Positions 56,781 through 64,000 of a stretch of DNA of 64,000 nt are shown piece by piece (the stretch's first letter is position 1; each line of letters begins with the position of its first letter). Under the pieces are notes generated by a model. That model did no database searches, was not told the DNA's origin, and was given only the letters and a program-made list of their open reading frames with translations. The position numbers and the translations under genes are program-made. Source of the DNA: Euryarchaeota archaeon UBA23 (GTDB taxonomy: Archaea > Thermoplasmatota > Poseidoniia > Poseidoniales > Thalassarchaeaceae); NCBI GenBank assembly GCA_002498725.1, contig DAIJ01000017.1, positions 15,512 to 79,511 of the forward strand, in the 5' to 3' direction.

Positions 56781-57197
56781 ATGACCAAAGAAACTAGAAT
56801 TGACCATATTGGAATAGCTACAAATTCACTAGATGAAAATAGTTGGTTTTGGTCTGAATTAGGTTTCAAACAATTAACCGATGAAATAAACATAGATCAA
56901 GGCGTAAAAATTCGTTTTTTCGAATCAGAAAATACAATGAATCATCCTAAAATTGAGTTGCTTGAACCTATAGGAAGTGATTCTCCAATAGGGAGATTTA
57001 TCCAAAAAAAAGGTCAGGGAATACAACAATTAGCAATTTCGGTTGAAAATATTGATGAAATGATTTTGAGGCTTAAAGATAAAGGTTGTAAAATGATTAA
57101 TGAATCTCCCGTTGAAGGTGTATCTGGTTCTCGAATTGCTTTTGTTCATCCATCATCTACAGGTGGAGTATTAGTTGAGTTAGTAGAAAAAATTTGA
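56781..57197 (+). CDS. methylmalonyl-CoA epimerase (VOC/glyoxalase fold)
   Basis: IDHIGIAT, GQGIQQLAISVENID, FVHPSSTGGVLVELVE. Adjacent to the mutase. Confidence 0.85.
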   Translation: MTKETRIDHIGIATNSLDENSWFWSELGFKQLTDEINIDQGVKIRFFESENTMNHPKIELLEPIGSDSPIGRFIQKKGQGIQQLAISVENIDEMILRLKDKGCKMINESPVEGVSGSRIAFVHPSSTGGVLVELVEKI

Positions 57198-57253
57198 TAT
57201 TACTAGAATATTACTAGAGTAATACTAAAATAGCGTTATCTATTGCCACTAAT

Positions 57254-57424
57254 ATGCCTAAAGTTAGTCTTGATATGCCAAATGAGATACTTGATGATCT
57301 CAAAAAACATGTTGGTGATGAAAGAAAATTTGTATCTGTTGCAGATGCAATTAGAACCGCTTGTCGTAAAATGTTAGATCATTTAGATGAAATTGATGCG
57401 AGGCATGGGAGATTGGAGGAATAA
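57254..57424 (+). CDS. 56-aa ribbon-helix-helix (CopG-like) protein, below the ORF-track cutoff
   Basis: Hand translation: MPKVSLDMPNEILDDLKKHVGDERKFVSVADAIRTACRKMLDHLDEIDARHGRLEE, i.e. a beta-strand then two helices. The stop lies 2 nt before folE. Confidence 0.5.
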   Translation: MPKVSLDMPNEILDDLKKHVGDERKFVSVADAIRTACRKMLDHLDEIDARHGRLEE

Positions 57425-57426
57425 AG

Positions 57427-57996
57427 ATGATCGAAAGAAAAGAGGCTGAAGAAGCGGTTAGAACATTGTTAGGATATCTAGAATCAGATGTGCATAGAGA
57501 AGGTTTAGAAAATACTCCAAAAAGAGTGATTGACTCATTTGATGAAATATTCTCAGGATATGGAAAAAATCCCTCTGAAGTATTAGATTCGACATTTAAT
57601 GCAGAAGGATATGATGGTATTGTTTTATTGAAGGATATAGAATTCCATTCGACTTGTGAACATCATCTACAGCCATTTAGAGGCAGAGCTCATGTTGCCT
57701 ACATACCTACACAAAGAATCGTTGGTATTAGCAAACTAGCAAGAATTGTTGATTTACACGCAAAGCGGCTACAGAATCAAGAAAGAATCACAAAATCTGT
57801 TGTTGATGATATTGTTGAGAACCTAAATCCATTGGGTGCTGGCGTAGTAATTGAAGCGAGTCATGGTTGTATGCAATGCCGTGGAGTTTCTAAGCAGAAT
57901 GCAGTTATGACAACGAGTGCGATGAGGGGTGTCTTCTTTGATAAGGCTGAAGCACGCTCTGAATTATTACAATTAATTAGGAGTAGAGATCAGTGA
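57427..57996 (+). CDS. folE: GTP cyclohydrolase I (FolE type IA)
   Basis: EGLENTPKRV, FHSTCEHHLQPFRGRAHVAYIP, QNQERIT. Confidence 0.9.
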   Translation: MIERKEAEEAVRTLLGYLESDVHREGLENTPKRVIDSFDEIFSGYGKNPSEVLDSTFNAEGYDGIVLLKDIEFHSTCEHHLQPFRGRAHVAYIPTQRIVGISKLARIVDLHAKRLQNQERITKSVVDDIVENLNPLGAGVVIEASHGCMQCRGVSKQNAVMTTSAMRGVFFDKAEARSELLQLIRSRDQ

Positions 57997-58589
57997 AAAT
58001 TTATCCTGTAGTTGAGATCTTTCACTCCGTACAGGGTGAAGCATTTCACACAGGTGTTCCACATGTTTTCATTCGATTTGGTAATTGTAACCTAAGATGT
58101 GAATGGTGCGATACTGATTTTTTAACATATAATGAGATGGGGCTAGAAGAAATCATTACTGAAGTGTTATCGTATAATTGTGATAGAGTGATTTTTACAG
58201 GAGGCGAACCATGTATTCAGGACCTTCAAACAATAGGTCAAGAGTTAAAGAAGCATGATATTCATCTTTCAGTAGAAACTAATGGAACCATAAAAGTTCC
58301 AGATATTATTGATTGGATATGTGTTTCACCTAAAGATCAATTATATCCTAATGTTGGAATTAAACAACGTACTGGTGATGAATTAAAAGTAGTCTATTGT
58401 GGGCAAGATCTCTCCCTTTATGATGATCTTAAATCAGGTTTTCAACATCATTTCATTCAACCATGTTATTTGGAAAATGAAAGTATAGCAGACAATGGCC
58501 GAAGTTTTGCTTTAGTAGAAAATATAGTTAAGTCAAATCCTGGATGGAGACTATCTTTACAGACACACAAATGGATGGGAGTTGATTGA
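57993..58589 (+). CDS. queE: 7-carboxy-7-deazaguanine synthase QueE (radical SAM)
   Basis: EIFHSVQGEA, CNLRCEWCDT cluster motif, FTGGEP. GTG start overlapping the folE stop. Confidence 0.88.
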   Translation: MKIYPVVEIFHSVQGEAFHTGVPHVFIRFGNCNLRCEWCDTDFLTYNEMGLEEIITEVLSYNCDRVIFTGGEPCIQDLQTIGQELKKHDIHLSVETNGTIKVPDIIDWICVSPKDQLYPNVGIKQRTGDELKVVYCGQDLSLYDDLKSGFQHHFIQPCYLENESIADNGRSFALVENIVKSNPGWRLSLQTHKWMGVD

Positions 58590-59678
58590 ATGAGAGCAGT
58601 CATGGCTTTGAGTGGAGGAATGGATTCTACTGGATTATTAATGCGTCTTTTAGCAGAAGGATACAAGGTTTCGTGTATTTCATATGATTATGGACAAAAA
58701 CATATTATAGAAATTGATAGAGCTATTCAGAATATAAATTATCTAATGAATAATGGTATTGAAGTTGAGCATAAAATTACAGATTTATCAGATGTAATGG
58801 GATTATTTCACTCATCGTTAATAACAGGAGGAGAAGAAATACCAGAAGGTCACTATGAAGAGGAACAAATGAAATCTACAGTTGTACCTAATAGAAATGC
58901 TATTTTTTCCTCTATTTTGTATGGTTATGCATTGAGCATTGCATTGAAGGAAGATATTGATGTTAAAATTGCATTAGGAGTTCATTCTGGTGACCACGCT
59001 ATTTATCCGGATTGTAGACCAGAATTCTATGAATCATTGGGAGATTCATTTGCATTAGGCAATTGGGATTCTGAAAGGGTATCATTCCACCTACCTTATA
59101 TCGACGGTGATAAAGAATCAATACTCAGAGATGCTTTAGTCTCTTGTGGAAAATTGGGTATTGATTTTGATACTGTTTTCGCTAATACAAATACATCATA
59201 TAATCCAGATGTAAATGGTAGGTCCTCCGGCACTAGTGGTGCTGATGTAGAAAGGATACTTGCATTCCATGCAATTGGTAGAAGGGACCCTGTGGAATAT
59301 GTTAGTTCATGGGAAGATGTTCTTAATGGTGCACTTAAATCACAATTAAGATATCATGTAATGAAAGAAAATGGGACTGAACGCCCCTTTACTGGAGAAT
59401 ATGATAAACACTATAATGATGGTATTTACAACTGTGCTGATTGTGGTAAGAAGCTATTCTCTTCTAAGTCAAAATTTGATTCTGGTTGTGGATGGCCAGC
59501 TTTTTCTAAGGAAATTGAAGATGCTGACATTACACAGTTAGAAGATCGTTCTTATGGTATGACGAGAATTGAAGTTAGATGCAGTGGTTGTGACTCACAC
59601 CTAGGTCATTTATTCCACGAAGCAAGAGGTCTAAGATATTGCATAAATTCTATTTGTTTAGATTTTGAAGGTGAATGA
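58590..59678 (+). CDS. queC: fusion: 7-cyano-7-deazaguanine synthase QueC-like domain (lacking the zinc Cys cluster) plus methionine-R-sulfoxide reductase MsrB domain
   Basis: QueC part: ALSGGMDSTGLL PP-loop, VVPNRNAIF, YPDCRPEF. MsrB part (from about nt 59340): ENGTERPFTGEY, CADCGKKLF, GCGWPAF, CSGCDSHLGHLF, RYCINS. Confidence 0.85.
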   Translation: MRAVMALSGGMDSTGLLMRLLAEGYKVSCISYDYGQKHIIEIDRAIQNINYLMNNGIEVEHKITDLSDVMGLFHSSLITGGEEIPEGHYEEEQMKSTVVPNRNAIFSSILYGYALSIALKEDIDVKIALGVHSGDHAIYPDCRPEFYESLGDSFALGNWDSERVSFHLPYIDGDKESILRDALVSCGKLGIDFDTVFANTNTSYNPDVNGRSSGTSGADVERILAFHAIGRRDPVEYVSSWEDVLNGALKSQLRYHVMKENGTERPFTGEYDKHYNDGIYNCADCGKKLFSSKSKFDSGCGWPAFSKEIEDADITQLEDRSYGMTRIEVRCSGCDSHLGHLFHEARGLRYCINSICLDFEGE

Positions 59679-59679
59679 A

Positions 59680-60135
59680 ATGGTTACTAGGATTAAAAGA
59701 TGGGTTGAAACAGATACAGGTCATAGAGTTCCTAATCATAATAGTAAATGTAGGAATTTGCATGGTCACAGATATCGTTGGGAAGCGGAATTATCGGGTG
59801 AAGTAGTTACAGAAAGTGGTGTATCTGAAGAAGGGATGTTGATTGATTTTTCAGATGTTTCAAAAATTTTGACAAAACATATTCATGATGTTGTAGATCA
59901 TGCATTCATTGTCTACGAAGGTGATACTGAAGCGATAAACGCCCTTTCAGTAATGCCTGATGGGCACAAGACAGTTGTAGTATCATTCATACCCACAGCA
60001 GAAAATCTTGCTAAGTGGGCATTCAAGCAAGTTGAGCCACACATAAAATCGTCATATGGTAATAAGCTTCAACTACATGCATTCCATGTAAGAGAGACTC
60101 CAAAATCCTGGGCTTCGTGGTATTCTGAATCATAG
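59680..60135 (+). CDS. queD: 6-carboxy-5,6,7,8-tetrahydropterin synthase QueD
   Basis: HRVPNHNSKCRNLHGHRY and LIDFSDV motifs. ATG 59680 follows GAAGGTGA; the track start TTG 59665 overlaps queC. Confidence 0.88.
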   Translation: MVTRIKRWVETDTGHRVPNHNSKCRNLHGHRYRWEAELSGEVVTESGVSEEGMLIDFSDVSKILTKHIHDVVDHAFIVYEGDTEAINALSVMPDGHKTVVVSFIPTAENLAKWAFKQVEPHIKSSYGNKLQLHAFHVRETPKSWASWYSES

Positions 60136-60205
60136 TTATGATTCTTGTTTGTTATAGTAATCTACACATCTTAATCTTGATAAAATGATTCGTCTTAGGT
60201 AATTT

Positions 60206-61696
60206 ATGAAGTCTATAGTTAATGCACTGGTTCTAATTCTAATTTTTTCCTCCATATCAGGATGCTTCGGTGGAGACGATTCCACTCCTGCCTTGTTTGA
60301 GGGTGATGAGCCTGGAGAATGTTCTGATGGAGCTGACAATGATCAGGATGGATTATTCGACTGTAATGATCCTAATTGCGCTGGAGCAGCCTTTTGTTCA
60401 GAACCAGTAATTGATGATGAATCTGTCAATCAAAATGAAACTAATAATGACGATATTCCTCTTGGTCCAATCGAATTAACAAATGAAATGATTGACAATG
60501 GCATTCTAGACAATAACGACTGTGCTGTTGTGATAATTACGACTGATTGGGATGGCCCAAGTAGTCAATTAATGGCTCAACTAACGAACTTTAACAATAG
60601 TAATTCTAATTTCGAATTGTATGTTGCTAACATTCAAAACGATTTACAAGATGATATTTTACCCAGTTTCGAGCAATTCAGAGAAGGCATATTGATGCCT
60701 GAATCTATACCATCGATTGCCATCATTTCATTCGAAGAGCAAATAATCCCGTCTTGGACGGATATCCAAGAAGCCGCTCTTGTTGACATTGTTTGTACAT
60801 TGGAACAGAGGGATAGCATTTCAGAGGCATTTGAACAGCTGGACGAACCGACCTCAGAAGATTTGTACTACACTAGAATAACCAACGTTACAATCACTCC
60901 AGAGAATCCACATTCTCATGAAAATCCAGTATGTTCCGCACAGTGGGAAACCAACGAGTATGATGACATGGCCATCACAGTGTTGTATTCTTGGATCATG
61001 GTTTGGAATGAATCAGCATTTACGGAGTCTGAGGGTAATGACCCTGATAGTGTTTGGTATTCTAATTTCTCAGAAAGCGGAATATTTGACAGAAATGATA
61101 CTGATTGGAGAACCAATCCCAATAATGGAGAGCGCTTCACGAATGTTGAAATTGCGAATCAATCAATCAGCGATAAGGAGCTAACCTGTTCGGCGTTTCT
61201 GGTGACACAGGCTTTGGCCAGTGGAATTTCAGAAGTCGATTTTCAATACCTAGTAGAAGATGTGTTAGACCGGGATTTTAGTAATCCAGTGAGATTCCAA
61301 TCAGAAGGAACAGGGGATGATTGCGAGGGCAATCTCGATTGTGCTGGAGTATGTAATGGGGATTCGACTCTTGATGAATGTGGTGTATGCGGTGGCGATG
61401 GTTCAAGTTGTGGTGGAACCGATCCCGCTGATCCTGAGGGAGGTTGTGGGAACATTACCTACGCCGGCTGTTGTAATACGGACGAAGACGGAAATTACAC
61501 AATTATTGTCTGGTGTGAAGATGGGGAAATTAACACACTTAACTGCTCCAGTTCAGGGACTCTTACAGGATGCGGATGGGACGCTTCAGAGGGATTCTAT
61601 AATTGTGTGGAATCCACAAATGCAGGAACTGAGGATCCAAGCGGAGAACATCCTTGTGATTGTTCGGAACTAGAATCTGAGGATTCAGAGGGTTAG
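60206..61696 (+). CDS. secreted Cys-rich surface (lipo)protein, hypothetical
   Basis: Signal with lipobox-like SISGC. ECSDGADNDQDGLFDCNDPNC (MopE-like Asp/Cys motif). C-terminal CAGVCNGDSTLDECGVCGGDGSSC and GCCNTDEDGNYTIIVWCEDGEINTLNC...GCGW...YNC modules. Acidic tail. Confidence 0.6.
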   Translation: MKSIVNALVLILIFSSISGCFGGDDSTPALFEGDEPGECSDGADNDQDGLFDCNDPNCAGAAFCSEPVIDDESVNQNETNNDDIPLGPIELTNEMIDNGILDNNDCAVVIITTDWDGPSSQLMAQLTNFNNSNSNFELYVANIQNDLQDDILPSFEQFREGILMPESIPSIAIISFEEQIIPSWTDIQEAALVDIVCTLEQRDSISEAFEQLDEPTSEDLYYTRITNVTITPENPHSHENPVCSAQWETNEYDDMAITVLYSWIMVWNESAFTESEGNDPDSVWYSNFSESGIFDRNDTDWRTNPNNGERFTNVEIANQSISDKELTCSAFLVTQALASGISEVDFQYLVEDVLDRDFSNPVRFQSEGTGDDCEGNLDCAGVCNGDSTLDECGVCGGDGSSCGGTDPADPEGGCGNITYAGCCNTDEDGNYTIIVWCEDGEINTLNCSSSGTLTGCGWDASEGFYNCVESTNAGTEDPSGEHPCDCSELESEDSEG

Positions 61697-61726
61697 CATA
61701 ATAACAATATATCCCCCATCCTAAGG

Positions 61727-61924
61727 GTGGTTATGGAGTTTAAAGAGTTGGAGAGAAGACTGACAGAATTGGAAGCCAAAGTTGTTGAAATAGAAGGAGC
61801 AATGTGGAAGTGTTTGGAAATTATAAACAAGAATCAGGAGATTATGGATTCGGTTCATGATACCTTCCAAAACCTCAATGCATATCTAATGGTCAATGTA
61901 GGACCTCCTCTTTTCGTTGAGTGA
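61727..61924 (+). CDS. small coiled-coil protein, hypothetical
   Basis: 65-aa ORF with heptad-like EFKELERRLTELEAKVVEIEG. No family recognised. Confidence 0.35.
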   Translation: MVMEFKELERRLTELEAKVVEIEGAMWKCLEIINKNQEIMDSVHDTFQNLNAYLMVNVGPPLFVE

Positions 61925-61948
61925 TTTTACTGCCTGGTTTGATATAGT

Positions 61949-62710
61949 CTATTGCCGCCGCTTTTCCTCAAAGGCATTTGCTGCTTCTGATATGATTCCA
62001 AGAATCCTGTGAATCTCATCATCCTTAGGAAGACCTCTCATTATCACTCGAACAAGAGTTTCTTCTATCCCTTCTCTTTTGTGTTCCTTAGTAGGCATTG
62101 CGGCTACTAATCTAGTAGCCTCCTCGCGCAGAGTCTTCCTCAAATTCGGATCAAGGAGCCTACCCCCACTTCCTGAAGGTGTATTTTCATCTGAATTATT
62201 ATACCATGAAAAGCAAATTAATGCAACTGCATGACTTAGATTGAGGATTGGGTATCCTTCCCAAGTGGGTATAGTAACAAGTAAATCACACAAACGAAGC
62301 TGCTCATTTAGCAGTCCTTTGCCTTCTGGACCAAAAATTATTGCTGCCTTCCCTTCAATCCCTGCAAGTCGATTTGGCAATTCTTCAGGTAATAGGAAAT
62401 GCCTCATTACAGTTTTATCACCAACTTCTCTTTTACCAGAAGTTCCAATTACTATTGAACAATCTACAAATGATTCTTCCATGGTATCGAATGATTTTGC
62501 TTTTTCGAGTACCAATTGAGCATTTTTAGCACGCTTTCTGGTTTCTTCCGACCAATTACAAGATCGACCTACAACTCTCAAGTCAGTAATACCGAAATTT
62601 AGCATTGAACGAGCTACTGCGCCAATGTTGCCATCATGCATTGGCTCGACTAATATAATGCATATATTATCATTAAAATCAGGCAAAGATATGTCGGCAC
62701 GTTCTCCCAT
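61949..62710 (-). CDS. trmJ: SpoU/TrmH-family RNA 2'-O-methyltransferase (aTrmJ-like)
   Basis: ICIILVEPMHDGNIGAVARSMLNFG, IFGPEGKGL, LNLSHAVAL. ATG 62710; TTG 62719 overlapping the rps17e stop is an alternative. Confidence 0.8.
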   Translation of the reverse strand: MGERADISLPDFNDNICIILVEPMHDGNIGAVARSMLNFGITDLRVVGRSCNWSEETRKRAKNAQLVLEKAKSFDTMEESFVDCSIVIGTSGKREVGDKTVMRHFLLPEELPNRLAGIEGKAAIIFGPEGKGLLNEQLRLCDLLVTIPTWEGYPILNLSHAVALICFSWYNNSDENTPSGSGGRLLDPNLRKTLREEATRLVAAMPTKEHKREGIEETLVRVIMRGLPKDDEIHRILGIISEAANAFEEKRRQ

Positions 62711-62715
62711 ACCAA

Positions 62716-62907
62716 TCAATCGGTACGGCGTTGGATATAACGTGTGATATATCCAGCAATCCAGTTTCTCATTCTTTTGTTATCTACATCTGTAAATTCA
62801 GTAACTAACTGCTTATTGGTATCAAAATCTTTTGTGAATTTGTCAGGATAAATCTCGAGAAGACGAATTGCTCTTGTCTTGATGAATGACGGACGAATAT
62901 TACCCAT
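62716..62907 (-). CDS. rps17e: ribosomal protein S17e (eS17)
   Basis: [35 protein letters not shown]...[10 protein letters not shown]. Confidence 0.9.
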   Translation of the reverse strand: MGNIRPSFIKTRAIRLLEIYPDKFTKDFDTNKQLVTEFTDVDNKRMRNWIAGYITRYIQRRTD

Positions 62908-62909
62908 TA

Positions 62910-63173
62910 TTACTCCTCCACTAATTTAACTTCCAAAGGAAATCCTTCTTCCCTTGTACATACGATTCGTATCTTACGTGGTGGTTTTTGCATTCCACGC
63001 TCCCAAATCGCCTCATTTACAGCTTGATCTATCCAGATTTCTTCATCTTCCTGGATTTTCATGTGTTGAGCAACATGTCTCTTTATTTCCGCCATAGCAC
63101 GGTTTGCCCTCTTAGTACGAGGTACATTCCATGCTGCTCTTAGAGGGATGACCATTTCTTTTATTTCAGTCAT
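62910..63173 (-). CDS. rpl31e: ribosomal protein L31e (eL31)
   Basis: [31 protein letters not shown]. Confidence 0.9.
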   Translation of the reverse strand: MTEIKEMVIPLRAAWNVPRTKRANRAMAEIKRHVAQHMKIQEDEEIWIDQAVNEAIWERGMQKPPRKIRIVCTREEGFPLEVKLVEE

Positions 63174-63178
63174 CTAAA

Positions 63179-63334
63179 TCACCTTTGAAGTTTCGAGCGT
63201 CTCCAATGATGACGCTTTGGATGCGATACAGTGTTACGGGCAGTCCTTAGCATGACCCAAACAGGCACTCTACGGTTTTGCTTAGTAGCCTTATTGAGTC
63301 TCTGCTTTTTTCCAAATGGTTTGTTTCTTGCCAT
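63179..63334 (-). CDS. rpl39e: ribosomal protein L39e (eL39), below the ORF-track cutoff
   Basis: Hand translation: [58 protein letters not shown] lies upstream of the ATG. Confidence 0.88.
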   Translation of the reverse strand: MARNKPFGKKQRLNKATKQNRRVPVWVMLRTARNTVSHPKRHHWRRSKLQR

Positions 63335-63343
63335 AATTTCACC

Positions 63344-63814
63344 TCAATAGCGCACAAGCTCGGGATATTTTTCTTCAGCAGCGCCCCTAACAGCATGAGC
63401 AGACTCATCCAATAATGATTGACCTGATGGAGTGATTACCTTTCCAGTAATTACGTTGCCTGTTGTGTTGTGAGCATTTGCAATGTATCCGGCAGCAGTT
63501 AATTGCTGAAGTATCGTTCTCGAAATTTTTCTTGAACCAGCGACGGCTCTATTTGGTTTAACTCCGCGATCTTTTGGACCGCCGAATAACTGAGCCATGT
63601 GATTAGCACCAATAGGCCCCTTCATCGCGACTTTTCTTAAGACCGCAGCGGACCTAACAAACCACCAGTCTTCTTGGACGGGAGGATTCTCTCTATGAGT
63701 TCCAGTTTTGGCGAAAATAGTCCACTCAGGTGCATTTATTTCATCATTCTCCCCAAGCCTCTTAGATAGATCACTGATTAATAAATCGGCTGGAACGTCA
63801 TGATAGGTCGTCAT
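63344..63814 (-). CDS. rps19e: ribosomal protein S19e (eS19)
   Basis: MTTYHDVPADLLISDL...APEW..FAKTGTHRENPPVQEDWWFVRSAAVLRKV. The track start 63877 adds 21 unlikely residues. Confidence 0.9.
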   Translation of the reverse strand: MTTYHDVPADLLISDLSKRLGENDEINAPEWTIFAKTGTHRENPPVQEDWWFVRSAAVLRKVAMKGPIGANHMAQLFGGPKDRGVKPNRAVAGSRKISRTILQQLTAAGYIANAHNTTGNVITGKVITPSGQSLLDESAHAVRGAAEEKYPELVRY

Positions 63815-64000
63815 CGAGTCACCTTGTAGCGACCGCGCGACTTTGAGGCCGTATATAACCGTGATGACTTGGAACATATTTCCAAAGGCTCAGTCAACTC
63901 TTCTTTACGAATCTTACAAGAGTTCAAACCACTTAGCCGATTGGAGGGGGCAATGGAGAAAGCACTCTCCCGTAATCCGAATATGTTGAGGACCATGATT
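63811..64000 (-). CDS. 3' end of an unidentified ORF running off the right edge
   Basis: The frame is open from the window edge to a TGA that overlaps the rps19e ATG (ATGA coupling). The 62 visible residues match nothing I recognise. Confidence 0.3.
   Translation of the reverse strand, partial: IMVLNIFGLRESAFSIAPSNRLSGLNSCKIRKEELTEPLEICSKSSRLYTASKSRGRYKVTR

Noticed and set aside
1-64000. Looked for CRISPR arrays, transposases, integrases, toxin-antitoxin pairs, restriction-modification or other defence genes, rRNA, inteins and tRNA introns
   Set aside because: I found none by eye. There are no direct-repeat arrays, no DDE or tyrosine-recombinase motifs, both tRNAs are intron-less, and large proteins (EF-2, PAN, aCPSF1, MetRS) have normal lengths. 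A computational repeat search would be needed to exclude dispersed repeats.

Overview
This is a densely coding, AT-rich (roughly 38-40% G+C by eye, not computed) archaeal chromosomal segment. By gene content it looks like an uncultured marine euryarchaeote of the Thermoplasmatota / Marine Group II type; that assignment is inference only.

Most of the window is housekeeping:
- the classical exosome superoperon: psmA, SBDS, rrp4, rrp41, rrp42, rpl37ae, pcc1, pfdB
- rps12-rps7-aEF2
- rps19e-rpl39e-rpl31e-rps17e-trmJ
- proteasome beta, PAN, aCPSF1, SepF, MBF1, Tsr3, Kae1, TiaS, Dph6, PurB
- GlyRS (open at the left edge) and MetRS
- tRNA-Pro(UGG) and tRNA-Val(GAC)

The metabolic modules have a bacterial or eukaryotic flavour:
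- MDH plus pntAA-pntAB-pntB
- isoprenoid genes: a UbiD-family decarboxylase, isopentenyl phosphate kinase and an IDI-GGPP synthase fusion
- a histidine degradation cluster with a long UROC1-like urocanase and a split FtcD
- methylmalonyl-CoA mutase and epimerase
- a preQ0 operon: folE-queE-queC-queD

I saw no CRISPR array, transposase, integrase, rRNA or recognisable defence island, and no self-contained novel multi-gene system that I can defend.

The candidates most worth a second look are:
1. a QueC domain that has lost its four-Cys zinc site and is fused to a complete MsrB domain
2. a divergent TatC carrying a roughly 135-aa Cys-rich C-terminal domain, directly downstream of an RR-signal membrane protein
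3. a roughly 170-nt island of about 68% G+C with two perfect hairpins inside the 5' end of rrp4
4. an archaeal Lhr helicase with a roughly 890-aa C-terminal extension containing two AlkZ/YcaQ-like modules
5. a urocanase whose conserved N-terminus lies upstream of any canonical start codon

All family assignments come from motif recognition by eye. No database search was run.
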